From IMG/VR virus record IMGVR_UViG_3300021511_000004: 64,000 nucleotides of DNA. One strand, written 5' to 3'. Every line of letters starts with the position of its first letter. The stretch's first letter is position 1. The translations under genes were made by a program, and so were the position numbers. The stretch is from an uncultured virus (IMG/VR IMGVR_UViG_3300021511_000004). Lineage: Duplodnaviria; Heunggongvirae; Uroviricota; Caudoviricetes. This document shows, piece after piece, positions 17,398 through 27,188 of this stretch. The notes under the pieces are model-generated. The model had not been told where the DNA came from, did not search any database, and saw only the letters and a list, made by a program, of their open reading frames with translations.

Positions 17398-18474
17398 TTA
17401 TTCCCTCAACGTTGAATATTTATTTAATTTTGCAATTGTTCTTGCATCTGAAAATAATTTACGTCTGGTTGTGCTCTTTTTTCTGAAGAATGGGCCTGCA
17501 GATCGTGCCGCATCTTCTAGATCTTTATAAACTTGACTATGTTCTTTTCCAAGAGATGAAAAAATAAAAGAGTAAGGAATTGTTGAGCAAACACCGCCAA
17601 ATTGTTTCATACAAAATGTTGCTTGTTTATTTACATCATCTGTAATAATTAGTGATGCCCACCCAAGTTTGTGAAGTCTTTGAACTGCTTGAGGTGAGGA
17701 AAACATATCATCCTGTTCAAGATCTAATTGTGAGAAACAAACAAAAGTATTTCTACCATATTGACTTGTTGCCCATACAATATCTGTTTTTGGATTACCT
17801 GTGATTGGTTTATCTTTAATACCTGGTATTTTGAATCCTCTCGCTACTCTAAAAATAACTCTCATAGCAGTCCTACCAAGTTTATTTGAAAAATAGCTCA
17901 TATTTTTGAGTTGTTTGTCGCTCATAAGAAGTCCTACCATACCTTTAGTCGACTTTACTTTAAACGGAACAACTTTAACTCCCAACAACTTTGCACCCAA
18001 ATGAGTATGAACTTGAATCCATGTTGGTTCTAAAGATACAGCATCAAATTTTGGCATTTCAAACTTTGTAATACCAGCTTCTCTTCCTATATCTTTGATA
18101 GTTTTTTCAATATCTCCTCCCGCCTTTTTCACATCTTTGGGTTCAACTTTAGATAAAATATTTTTAATTGCGCCATTAGTTACTTTGATTTTGACTTTCT
18201 GTTCTACTAGTTCAAGATTTTTCCCCTTAACTTTAATTCTTGATTTTGCTTTTCCAGCAACATAAGCTGTTGCAGCGGCGACTGCAACACTAGCACCAAT
18301 TGTAGCTACTCCTGTTGCTCCAGCTCTAACAACACCTGAAATGGCAGAATTCATATGTTTTAATACATCGTCAGTATTATGAATGATAATATACTTCTCG
18401 ACTGCTTTAATCAAACCAGGTAATATGGCTGGGTTAACACTGGCAGAAGTTAGCATTGGGTATACTAGAATCAT
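17398..18474 (-). CDS. Hypothetical (possible virion) protein
   Basis: 358-aa ORF with Ala/Gly-rich segment and AGGAG RBS. Confidence 0.7.
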   Translation of the reverse strand: MILVYPMLTSASVNPAILPGLIKAVEKYIIIHNTDDVLKHMNSAISGVVRAGATGVATIGASVAVAAATAYVAGKAKSRIKVKGKNLELVEQKVKIKVTNGAIKNILSKVEPKDVKKAGGDIEKTIKDIGREAGITKFEMPKFDAVSLEPTWIQVHTHLGAKLLGVKVVPFKVKSTKGMVGLLMSDKQLKNMSYFSNKLGRTAMRVIFRVARGFKIPGIKDKPITGNPKTDIVWATSQYGRNTFVCFSQLDLEQDDMFSSPQAVQRLHKLGWASLIITDDVNKQATFCMKQFGGVCSTIPYSFIFSSLGKEHSQVYKDLEDAARSAGPFFRKKSTTRRKLFSDARTIAKLNKYSTLRE

Positions 18475-18486
18475 TTTAACTATCTC

Positions 18487-19437
18487 CTATAAGAGAAATT
18501 TAGCTTTTACTTCTTTAGGTTTTTCTATTTCTTTCTTTTTCTCTTTTTTAATAAATGGTGGGGTTATATTTTTAAAACCATCATCTTCACAATAACTTTT
18601 ATATGGGCACCATCTACATTGTTCTTTATTTGCCCCAATTGGTTCAGGTACTATGTTTTGATCTAAATCAGATAGAAGCATTGGCGCCCTGGTTAAAAAC
18701 GTTTCAGCCAATTTCATATCTATTTTAATATCAAATGCCTGAATTGTTTTTAGATTCCTAAGAACATAAATAATTGTAATGTTATCAATGTCATACCCAT
18801 ACTCTGTAATCAGAATATAAGCATATATTAATCCTTGAAAAGCGTGTTCTTTAATATATGTGCCTTTAAATTTCGTGGGATCAATAGTTTTAATTTCATA
18901 AAGGGTTTTTCCTTTTATAGCATCAAGTCGCCCTTTAACTTTAAACTTTTCACTCACAACACTTTTTTCAACTTCTGTAAAATTATATATATCTTGAAAA
19001 AGTTCGTGAATAACATTTCCAACTTTCTGAATCATATATAAATAAGAAAACTGAAATTGAGCTTTGATATTAACTTGGTATCGTTTCCTTACATAATAAT
19101 TTTGTCGAAGGCAAACATAAAGCTCACTGACTGAAATATAAGGTCTCTCGTAACTTTGACGAGTTTTATATTCTTCAATAAGTTTACTTCTCATCATGGA
19201 TTCAAATTTAGAAACATCAAAACTATTTGATTGATGGGTCTTTCTTACATGAACATGTGGTAAATCAATAAAATCATCAATCGTTGCTTCTTCAAGCATC
19301 TTCTTTGTATTTTGAGATGCTAGTTCCTTTTTTGTTACCTTCAACTTCTTTTCTTTTTTCGGTGTACTAACGGCACTTTTCGGAGATTGTTCTTCTAAAT
19401 ATCGTAAAAGTTTTTCATATTCATTTGCAAGGGCCAT
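18487..19437 (-). CDS. PD-(D/E)xK Cas4-like exonuclease
   Basis: ISVSEL..C, GNVIHE, GRLD, YEIKT, Q..IY, C-terminal CRWCPYKSYC. Confidence 0.85.
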   Translation of the reverse strand: MALANEYEKLLRYLEEQSPKSAVSTPKKEKKLKVTKKELASQNTKKMLEEATIDDFIDLPHVHVRKTHQSNSFDVSKFESMMRSKLIEEYKTRQSYERPYISVSELYVCLRQNYYVRKRYQVNIKAQFQFSYLYMIQKVGNVIHELFQDIYNFTEVEKSVVSEKFKVKGRLDAIKGKTLYEIKTIDPTKFKGTYIKEHAFQGLIYAYILITEYGYDIDNITIIYVLRNLKTIQAFDIKIDMKLAETFLTRAPMLLSDLDQNIVPEPIGANKEQCRWCPYKSYCEDDGFKNITPPFIKKEKKKEIEKPKEVKAKFLL

Positions 19438-19454
19438 TTATTCTCTCTTTCATA

Positions 19455-19973
19455 TTATTTTACATATCTTTGTTGATTAGTGATTTCACTTTTAATATCT
19501 ATCAAATAAGATTGAATTGTTTTCAGACATTTTTTATCTTTACAATGTGCTGATAATTTTTTAGCAAAAGTAGCGCTAGCTTGCAGTCCTTTTATATCTG
19601 CTTTAGCCTTACAAGACATCATCTTATCTCGATACTCTTGTCCTTTAAATGGAGCCTTAACTGACCATTTTTCACAACCTGCTCTACCTTTCTTTTCGAT
19701 TGCTTTTCCATATTGATTTGCAAGTTTAGTAATTTTAGAACCACTGTATTTAATAGCTTCTTCTTTTATAACAGCTTCAGCTACTTTTCCTTGATTTTTA
19801 GCTTTAACTTTACCTCTATTATAGACTTCTTTTTTCAGTCTTACACATCTTTTAAACGATTCAGGATTATCAGGATATGCTTTCTTACATGCTTTTCTAA
19901 TTTTAAGCAAAATAACTGCACCAGTAGCAGCCATACCAGCAGCAATAGGAATTAATGGTGCAACTTCTTCCAC
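19455..19973 (-). CDS. Hypothetical Lys/Cys-rich protein; probably expressed as a -1 frameshift extension of the upstream ORF
   Basis: Weak GTG start; the frame is open back to the A10 run at the end of the upstream ORF. Confidence 0.6.
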   Translation of the reverse strand: MEEVAPLIPIAAGMAATGAVILLKIRKACKKAYPDNPESFKRCVRLKKEVYNRGKVKAKNQGKVAEAVIKEEAIKYSGSKITKLANQYGKAIEKKGRAGCEKWSVKAPFKGQEYRDKMMSCKAKADIKGLQASATFAKKLSAHCKDKKCLKTIQSYLIDIKSEITNQQRYVK

Positions 19974-19984
19974 TGGCTCTTTAG

Positions 19985-20008
19985 CTACTTTTTTTTTTCG
20001 TCTTCCTC
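19985..20008 (-). promoter_or_regulatory. Candidate programmed -1 frameshift site (A AAA AAG with upstream SD-like GAGG)
   Basis: Minus strand GAGG-10 nt-A AAA AAG TAG; the -1 frame reads AAA GTA GCT AAA GAG CCA GTG into ORF 19455..19973. Confidence 0.55.
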
Positions 20009-20581
20009 TTCCTCTGGAACATCTTTATCGTCTTCTTCATATAGAAGTTCATATGCAGATTCGATTAGATTGTCACGAAGAATTTTATACGAATCTTCGA
20101 TAATTGTTCCTTCCCAGTCATTTAACTTTTCAAAATCTTTAGATTCAGAAACAACACGAGCAAGAAGAAGATTATCAACAGCAAGACTAAATGCTTTCTG
20201 TCTTATTTGGCTTTCAATAACTGCTGAAATATCAAGATTTTTATCTTCTTTGATTTTGGCTTTCAGATTTTCTTTTATATTAGCTCTTGATTTATCTGTA
20301 GAAACTATTTTTTGAGCATTCTCACGAGCTATTTTAGCAGTATTTCTAGCATTTTGCAGTAATCCTTTTGAATCAACTTTCTTTTCTATAATCGCTGGAA
20401 TGTGATTAACAAGTTTCAACATTTCAACAAATACTGATAAGAGTGCTCCCTTAATTGAAAGGTATTCTTCTTTCACAAGAGGGCAGCAACTTTCAACTTG
20501 CCCAACATTTTTTCCGAAAAAAACATAATCTAATGCATAGAAGTTTTCTAGCACTCTAATTTTAGACTCTTTTGATAACAT
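19985..20581 (-). CDS. Hypothetical (possible head/scaffold) protein
   Basis: 198 aa, acidic C-terminus, strong GGAGG RBS. Confidence 0.7.
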   Translation of the reverse strand: MLSKESKIRVLENFYALDYVFFGKNVGQVESCCPLVKEEYLSIKGALLSVFVEMLKLVNHIPAIIEKKVDSKGLLQNARNTAKIARENAQKIVSTDKSRANIKENLKAKIKEDKNLDISAVIESQIRQKAFSLAVDNLLLARVVSESKDFEKLNDWEGTIIEDSYKILRDNLIESAYELLYEEDDKDVPEEEEDEKKK

Positions 20582-20599
20582 TTTAAATTATCCTCCTAA

Positions 20600-20890
20600 T
20601 TAATTATATGAATAACTTGAATTTTCATCTTCAAGTACTTCTAGCATAACTCTCCTTGAGTCATCTGGAAAGTTTGTATTTTTAATTGCTAGACATAAAA
20701 CTTTAAGAGCATCAATTGTGCGCCCTCTTTTTCCAATAATTTTTCCACAGTCTGATTGATCAACCTTAACTTGAATAATTATTGCTTTGGTTGATACAGA
20801 AACAGATACTTCAACAATTTCAGGTCTGTCAACAACCGCTTTTGTAGTATTTTCAACATAATCTTTTAATAAAACTGACATATCACCCAT
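20600..20890 (-). CDS. khpA: KH-domain RNA-binding protein, KhpA-like
   Basis: KAVVDRPE.V.V...V..SDCGKIIGKRGRTIDALK...RRVMLEVLE. Confidence 0.85.
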   Translation of the reverse strand: MGDMSVLLKDYVENTTKAVVDRPEIVEVSVSVSTKAIIIQVKVDQSDCGKIIGKRGRTIDALKVLCLAIKNTNFPDDSRRVMLEVLEDENSSYSYN

Positions 20891-20931
20891 TTTTCAATTC
20901 TCCCTTTCGATGTATCTCATTACGACTCTTA

Positions 20932-20946
20932 TTTATTTTTTGTTCT
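20932..20946 (-). promoter_or_regulatory. Putative phage promoter RGAACA-N5-TAAA
   Basis: AGAACA-AAAAA-TAAA upstream of khpA. Confidence 0.55.
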
Positions 20947-20973
20947 AAAACTTATAAAGTATTAGTTTAGATC

Positions 20974-22014
20974 TTAGGAACATATTTTTGATGCTAATGC
21001 TCCAGTTGAACATTCGCTTCCTGTAACATGCCCTTTTTCATAATGACATTTTTCACAACAAGCTACTCCATAATCTGGGTCAAGTGCAAAAAATGGTTCT
21101 AGTTTTTTAGGTCTTATATGATGAACATGTTCTGCTTTTTCCCCACAGTATTCACATAATCCATTTTCTCTTTCCATCACAAATTTATTATAAGTTTGAA
21201 TTTCACTTGCTGTATATGGAAGTTCAGTATTTTTAAACGGATCGCTTCTCAAATCATATAGATCACATTCGTCTTTACATCTTTGAGAACAATAAAAATA
21301 ACTACCACCATTACCTTCCTCACTCTCTAACTGTCTTATTCTTTCATATAACTGAATATATGTTGGGGTGAATAACTTATTACATTTCTTATTTTTACAT
21401 TCAACTAAGAGTTCACCACCTACAGTTTGTGATAACTTTTCCACTTTTGTAAAAAAAGGATATTTATTTTGCCAATATTCAATTGATTTTTTATTTATAT
21501 CTCTTAATTTATTTTTCTGTTTTTTAGTCAGATTCCATAAAACATTCTTACACTGAGTAGCATATTCAGAACAACAGTATTTTCCATTCTTGAATTTAAA
21601 TTTTGCTTTTTTTCCACAACCATAAGAACATAAAAAATTATGATCCTTTTTGAGAAGAGTTCCTTTGGAAGAAGTTGTAGGAGATAATTTAGAATTTATT
21701 AAACCAGGGCATGATCTATAGTTTTTTTCACAACATAGCTTTCCATTCATAAACATATATTTTGCTTTTTTATTACATCCATAATCACACTTTTGATCAG
21801 TATTTATTTTAACAGCTTTTGGTTTGGAATATTTGCCTAACATTGACTTTGATTGTTTTTGTATTGATTTTTGACTACGTTTTGTTCCGCGTTTTGCTTC
21901 TGCTAATTTTTCCTTAAATACTGGGCACTGTTGTGGATACTGACTACAACAATATTCTTTAGTTATTTTAAAAAAATAAGTTGCTTCTTGTCCACACCAT
22001 TTACAAACATTCAT
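20974..22014 (-). CDS. Free-standing HNH homing endonuclease with three Cys-rich modules
   Basis: Three C..(G)C...A........CC repeats; C-terminal HNH nearly identical to those of 646..1593 and 26334..27173. Confidence 0.8.
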   Translation of the reverse strand: MNVCKWCGQEATYFFKITKEYCCSQYPQQCPVFKEKLAEAKRGTKRSQKSIQKQSKSMLGKYSKPKAVKINTDQKCDYGCNKKAKYMFMNGKLCCEKNYRSCPGLINSKLSPTTSSKGTLLKKDHNFLCSYGCGKKAKFKFKNGKYCCSEYATQCKNVLWNLTKKQKNKLRDINKKSIEYWQNKYPFFTKVEKLSQTVGGELLVECKNKKCNKLFTPTYIQLYERIRQLESEEGNGGSYFYCSQRCKDECDLYDLRSDPFKNTELPYTASEIQTYNKFVMERENGLCEYCGEKAEHVHHIRPKKLEPFFALDPDYGVACCEKCHYEKGHVTGSECSTGALASKICS

Positions 22015-22017
22015 TAT

Positions 22018-23253
22018 TTAAACCTCAGGATTATATTTACTAATAATTTCTGTTTGAATTACTTCTTTTACAGCTATATCATACGCTTTTTTAAACTCTG
22101 GATCTGTTGTATAGATCTTCGGAGCATCTTTGGTTCTAAATTTCTTTTCTGGTAAAGAGATAAGATAATTCCATGCTCCACTATGAAGACGTTTTGTTTG
22201 TCTTAGAAAATTATAATTAGTCCAAAAATTTGAAAATCCTGTTGTAAATGAACCGACAGCTTCAATTTCAACATTTGGTGGAAATAACTTATTCTTAACA
22301 CACTTTAATTTAACAATAACCCCTTCAAATCCATATTTTTCAGAGTCTTCCGCTTTCCCTGCCGCAATTGCAGATTTAACCTTCATCTCAACTAATTGAA
22401 ATGCGTTAAACTTTAACACATTTCCTCCCGGCATATCTTTTGTCGGTGACATAAACTTTAGATCTTTTGGTGGTGCAAATTGACCAATCGACAATACATC
22501 TCTTAATTGATTAATCGCTAAAAGACAAATATTATTTTGAGCACATTTTGCAACGTACTTGGGAATTAGAATTGAAAGCAACCTTGCTTTATACCCAATA
22601 ATTGTATTTGGATCATTAGTTTCTCTTTCTTTCTGAGATAGAGTATTTGCAATACTATCCCAAATTATTACAGATGGAGTTTCTACAAGTTTCTTCTCTT
22701 TCTTAAATACTGATAAACCTTCAACAAATTTAAATACTTTTTCAACAGTCACATCATTATAAGGTTTTAACTTTGGATATCTAACCCCAAGATTAGCTAA
22801 TCTTAAAGTTGTGGTCGCTTCCTCAGAGTCAAGAAATGCTCCAAGTAAATTACCCCTATATTGTCTTTGACCTTCACCAAGAGTTTTAATTGCAAGCATG
22901 GTTTTTCCGCTTCCTGGTTGCCCTACGATTATACATAATGCACCAACAGCAAAACCTCCTCCAAGAATCGCATCTACAAGATCAATTCCAGTAGAAATCA
23001 CTTCTTTTGTTCCAGAATCAGCTACAATTTCTGCTTTGGTTTCAAGAAAAGAACTAAATTCATCATATAATTGTTTAGTCTTTTCCTCATCCTCAATTAT
23101 ATTTTCACAAACACTCTCGACAATTTCAGATTTGACTTTATGTGACTCTGGCTGTTCCTCTATTGTTTCATCCGATTCGTCCTTTAATTTCACACTATCC
23201 AAAATTTCTTCAGCTGATTCTTCATTAGAAATTTCTATGATTCCATCTGCCAT
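22018..23253 (-). CDS. uvsX: RecA/UvsX-like recombinase
   Basis: ISTGIDLVDAILGGG, GQPGSGKT, LDSE, IIWDSIA, INQLR, PGGNVLKF, KNKLFPP. Confidence 0.88.
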   Translation of the reverse strand: MADGIIEISNEESAEEILDSVKLKDESDETIEEQPESHKVKSEIVESVCENIIEDEEKTKQLYDEFSSFLETKAEIVADSGTKEVISTGIDLVDAILGGGFAVGALCIIVGQPGSGKTMLAIKTLGEGQRQYRGNLLGAFLDSEEATTTLRLANLGVRYPKLKPYNDVTVEKVFKFVEGLSVFKKEKKLVETPSVIIWDSIANTLSQKERETNDPNTIIGYKARLLSILIPKYVAKCAQNNICLLAINQLRDVLSIGQFAPPKDLKFMSPTKDMPGGNVLKFNAFQLVEMKVKSAIAAGKAEDSEKYGFEGVIVKLKCVKNKLFPPNVEIEAVGSFTTGFSNFWTNYNFLRQTKRLHSGAWNYLISLPEKKFRTKDAPKIYTTDPEFKKAYDIAVKEVIQTEIISKYNPEV

Positions 23254-23267
23254 CTATAATACCTCCA

Positions 23268-23702
23268 TTACATAGCATTTATTCGTTCCACTTCTATTGC
23301 TATTTCATCAGTTTCTGTTTGTGCTTGTTCAACTGATTTTCTTTTTATTTCCTCTTGTTTTTTCTTAAAAGCTTCAACCTTATCTGCTAAATCTCTAATA
23401 TTAATTATATCTTCAATCTCAACAGAATCATCTTTGATATTAATTTTTCTTCTTAGATCGATTTCGTCTTTTAAACTTTTTTGAACTTCTTTCCTCATTT
23501 CAAGCAAAGTTTTAAAAAATTCAGTTGCAGTTTTTACTTTTTCTTCAAAAAATCTGACATATCGAGCATCAAGACTTTCCGGTAATAATTTATCAATTTT
23601 TTGTTTTAATACTTCAATGTCCTGCACCATCTGCATAACAGCGCCACGATGTTCTTTAAATTCAGCGAGAAGTTCATATATAATTTCTTCGTTTGTAAGC
23701 AT
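23268..23702 (-). CDS. Hypothetical coiled-coil protein
   Basis: 144 aa, GAGG RBS. Confidence 0.7.
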   Translation of the reverse strand: MLTNEEIIYELLAEFKEHRGAVMQMVQDIEVLKQKIDKLLPESLDARYVRFFEEKVKTATEFFKTLLEMRKEVQKSLKDEIDLRRKINIKDDSVEIEDIINIRDLADKVEAFKKKQEEIKRKSVEQAQTETDEIAIEVERINAM

Positions 23703-23718
23703 AATAAAGATAACCTCT

Positions 23719-23733
23719 TTTATTGTTTGTTCT
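23719..23733 (-). promoter_or_regulatory. Putative phage promoter RGAACA-N5-TAAA
   Basis: AGAACA-AACAA-TAAA. Confidence 0.55.
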
Positions 23734-23735
23734 TA

Positions 23736-23936
23736 TTATTCCATGATAATTTTCATTTGTCCCGTCTGATCATGTTTATTTCTTGTTCCGCCTTCAACTA
23801 TTTTACCGTTCTTAAAATGTGAACAATTAAATCTAATATTACGATCAAGTTTACTTCCCCAACATTCATTATTTTTATTATATGGGCAAGTTGAACTGTA
23901 CGGACATGTTTCGCCCGCTTCTAAAATTAACGACAT
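23736..23936 (-). CDS. Small Cys-rich hypothetical protein
   Basis: CPY...CPY...C...C; ATG 23936 with GAGGAG RBS. Confidence 0.6.
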   Translation of the reverse strand: MSLILEAGETCPYSSTCPYNKNNECWGSKLDRNIRFNCSHFKNGKIVEGGTRNKHDQTGQMKIIME

Positions 23937-23946
23937 AATATCTCCT

Positions 23947-24525
23947 CTATGCAATATCCTCTGGAATAGTGTCTGGTTTTTTATACGTAGATAATATATC
24001 TAACTCATATCTAAGAATTCCCAAAATAATTCTATTCCATGTTTTTTTATTAAATGGACCATCTGGTAAATCATTTCCACGATTCCAGTCCTCTCCTGCT
24101 CTTGGTTTTCTAGTCGATGCTGTACATCCGAGATATCCTTCATCATTTTCTCGATCATAAGCAACAATGGTATATTTATGTTCATGTGTATAAAAACAAA
24201 ACTTCCATCGAATTTCACCTTCACCATCTCCAGAACCAGATACATCTTGAATAAAATCATTAACCTTTCCTGGAAATACAAATTCCGCTATCCATATATT
24301 AAGAAGTTGGTGTTTGCTTTTTCCTTCAACTGCATTTTCAAAATTAATTACTCCAGACTTTTTTTCAGCCATACATGCATCACAATCATTACAACATTCT
24401 TCTGCTGTACGTTTTATTCCATTCTTTTCCAACCACTTGACCAGTTCATCCATTTTACTATCACCAACATACCATTCTAATTCAGCACGTTTATTAATTT
24501 TAATAGTGTTGCCTGGCATAATCAT
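23947..24525 (-). CDS. Hypothetical protein
   Basis: 192 aa, AGGAG RBS; YLGC...RKPRAGEDWNRGNDLPDG. Confidence 0.7.
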   Translation of the reverse strand: MIMPGNTIKINKRAELEWYVGDSKMDELVKWLEKNGIKRTAEECCNDCDACMAEKKSGVINFENAVEGKSKHQLLNIWIAEFVFPGKVNDFIQDVSGSGDGEGEIRWKFCFYTHEHKYTIVAYDRENDEGYLGCTASTRKPRAGEDWNRGNDLPDGPFNKKTWNRIILGILRYELDILSTYKKPDTIPEDIA

Positions 24526-24531
24526 TCTCCT

Positions 24532-26337
24532 TTATATATCACATGTTCCAGAAGAACATTGAACATCCCCTACTTCAAGAGCGTTTTCAACTTGTTTTTT
24601 TGAAAGTAGGTATTTACGTACTTCTTTTTCTTCAACTTTATTTAAAATTTGCCCCTCTCTTGAACCATCACGATATACCGTTACACCTTTAAGATCATAA
24701 ATATATTCAAGTAATAAAGCACTCAAGTCTTCATCTGTTGTATAACCGGGCAAATTAATAGTTTTACTTACTGAAGCATCACAATATTTTTGACATGCTA
24801 CTTGCATTTCAAAATGATCTTTCGGTTCAAGATCAAATGAATCAACAAACCAATCAGGGATTTCTTCTTTATTTTCAAGCATCTTTTGATACTCAGGATG
24901 AATATACATTCTACTACTAACTCTATCACTTCGTACCATAGCTTTAGCAAATAATGGTTCTATGGCACTTGTATAATCAGTTAGTAATGAAATGGTTCCG
25001 GTTGGAGCTAAGGCCATTAGTGTACAATTTCTAACTCCATATTTTTTAATATCCATTCTTAATGAAGCAGGAAGTTTTCTAATGAATGACGCTTTACCAT
25101 AAGCCATTGAATCGAATTGTGGAAATGCTCCTTTTTCAATTGCTAAATCAACTGATGCTTGATAACAAGTATTACGGATAAATTGCATTAATCTTTCTGT
25201 TTCAAGAACTGCTTTTTCTGAACCATAAATAGCTTTCTTTGCATATAGATATTCAGCAAGTCCTATAACTCCAACTCCAATTCGTCTTGATTTATGAGCA
25301 TTAATATCAATTTCTTTTAATACATATTTATTAACTTCAATTACATTATCTAAAAATCGAACTGCTAACTTTATAGTTTGTTCAAGTTTCTTCCAGTTTG
25401 TGTTTACATTACCTGTAATGAAGTTAGGTAGAACTAATGAACCAAGATCACATACACCGTAAGGTCCAAGAGTTGTTTCTCCACATGGATTTGTACCAAT
25501 AACCGGTTCAAAATAATATGAATTATTTTTTGTAAAATTTGACCAATTGATTATTCCTGGTTCGGCACATCCTATCATATTAGAAATAATTTTATTCCAT
25601 ATATCTCGAGCTTGAATCTTTCCATATGATTTTTGTTTAAATTTAAAAGTCCATTCTTTATCTGCTTCAACTCTTTCTAAAAATTCATGATTTACCATAA
25701 CAGAAATATTAAAGTGGGTAAGATCTCCTACATCTACTTCATCCTTAACAAATTGACGTATATTTTCTGGAGTATCTTCTTTTAACCATCTACCAACATT
25801 TGGTTTTAATAATTTTGCATCAATAAAATCTAATAGCTCAGGGTGTGAAACATCAATATGACCAATAGCAGCAGCTCGTCTACTTCCCCCGCTTTCAATT
25901 AGTCTTGATATAAAATCAGCCCCCTTCATAAAACTAACTAATCCTGACGATTGTCCTCCCTTACCATAAATTATATCATTCTTTGGCCTTAGAGATGAAA
26001 AATTTACACCGACACCACCTCCTTCTGACCAAAGTGTTAAAGCATCTTTATAAAGTTGACCAATTTCTTCAATACTATCTCCAATTGGTAAATGATAACA
26101 ATTAAATAAAGACCCTCTTGGTCTTCCTGAATTTCTTAAGATTCTTCCACCTGGAATAAAATCCATATTATAAATCATTTCATGAAATGAATCTCTTAAC
26201 TTATCTTTATTGGTTGATTCTGCAGCTACAATTGTGCTAGCAACTCTCAATGCACATTCGTCCCAGTCCTCCCCGTTCATAAAATATCTACTTTTTGCAA
26301 CAGTTAACGCATTTTCTGACAAGGTAATTTTTTTCAT
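24532..26337 (-). CDS. nrdJ: Ribonucleotide reductase, class II (adenosylcobalamin-dependent)
   Basis: PGGRIL, NCY, GGGVG, LRP, SRRAA, FNISV, AEPG, TNPCGE, RRIGVG, APTGTIS, VSKTIN, KGVTVYRDGSR, C-terminal CSSGTC; no adjacent beta subunit. Confidence 0.9.
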   Translation of the reverse strand: MKKITLSENALTVAKSRYFMNGEDWDECALRVASTIVAAESTNKDKLRDSFHEMIYNMDFIPGGRILRNSGRPRGSLFNCYHLPIGDSIEEIGQLYKDALTLWSEGGGVGVNFSSLRPKNDIIYGKGGQSSGLVSFMKGADFISRLIESGGSRRAAAIGHIDVSHPELLDFIDAKLLKPNVGRWLKEDTPENIRQFVKDEVDVGDLTHFNISVMVNHEFLERVEADKEWTFKFKQKSYGKIQARDIWNKIISNMIGCAEPGIINWSNFTKNNSYYFEPVIGTNPCGETTLGPYGVCDLGSLVLPNFITGNVNTNWKKLEQTIKLAVRFLDNVIEVNKYVLKEIDINAHKSRRIGVGVIGLAEYLYAKKAIYGSEKAVLETERLMQFIRNTCYQASVDLAIEKGAFPQFDSMAYGKASFIRKLPASLRMDIKKYGVRNCTLMALAPTGTISLLTDYTSAIEPLFAKAMVRSDRVSSRMYIHPEYQKMLENKEEIPDWFVDSFDLEPKDHFEMQVACQKYCDASVSKTINLPGYTTDEDLSALLLEYIYDLKGVTVYRDGSREGQILNKVEEKEVRKYLLSKKQVENALEVGDVQCSSGTCDI

Positions 26338-27173
26338 AGAGGTTGTTTCTCCTTAATAGTTGTTGATCTACAAACTATTTTTGCTAAATTTCCAGTTGAA
26401 CATTCACCTTGATGACCATATTTATAGTGACATTTTTCACAACAGGCAACACCAAAGTCTGGATCTAAAACAAAAAATGGTTCTAATTTTTTAGGTCTTA
26501 TGTGGTGGGTATGTTCTGCTTTTTCTCCACAATATTCACAAAGACCATTTTCTCTTTCTAAGACGGTTTTGTTATATATTTGAAGTTGTTGGTGAGTATA
26601 AGGAAGATTAATGTTTTTATATGGATCTCCTTTTAAATTATATAAAGGACACTCATCCTTGCATTTTTGAGAACAATAAAAATTATTTTCAATCATACCA
26701 TATGGTTTTTCTAAAGCCCTTATTCGCTCATATAGTTGAGTTTTTGTTAATGTGAACCATCCACCTTTTTCTTTTGAGTTTTTACAATTATGATTTTTAC
26801 AGTGCCCTTGAATTTCTTTTTCATTGGGTTTATTTGGATTATATCTTATATTTTCTATTTTTGAAAAGAAGGGATATTTTTCATTAATATCTTTTATAGT
26901 TTGTCTATGTGAGATAATAAATTTTTTAATATCATTTTCACTTCGTTTTTTACCTTTCCAATAACCACCAGTTCCAAACATATGGTTATTCTCACCTATC
27001 ATTAGTTTGCTTTTTCTCTTTCTAAATTCAATTGTTCGTTTTTTCCCCAAATTTCTTTTTCTTATTTTTTCAATAAAGAATGGGCATGATCTATGAGTCT
27101 CACCACAACACCACTTACCATTTTTAAGTTGATGTTTAGCTTCTTGACCGCAACCATATTCACAAAGTTGCAT
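26334..27173 (-). CDS. Free-standing HNH homing endonuclease
   Basis: CEYGCGQEAK..NGKWCC; GENNHMFG; C-terminal HNH shared with paralogues; ATGA overlap with the nrdJ start. Confidence 0.8.
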   Translation of the reverse strand: MQLCEYGCGQEAKHQLKNGKWCCGETHRSCPFFIEKIRKRNLGKKRTIEFRKRKSKLMIGENNHMFGTGGYWKGKKRSENDIKKFIISHRQTIKDINEKYPFFSKIENIRYNPNKPNEKEIQGHCKNHNCKNSKEKGGWFTLTKTQLYERIRALEKPYGMIENNFYCSQKCKDECPLYNLKGDPYKNINLPYTHQQLQIYNKTVLERENGLCEYCGEKAEHTHHIRPKKLEPFFVLDPDFGVACCEKCHYKYGHQGECSTGNLAKIVCRSTTIKEKQPL

Positions 27174-27188
27174 AAATAATTATCTCCT

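Noticed and set aside
18487..19437. Cas4-like gene as a sign of a CRISPR-Cas system
   Set aside because: No array or other cas genes; stand-alone Cas4-like nucleases are common in phages
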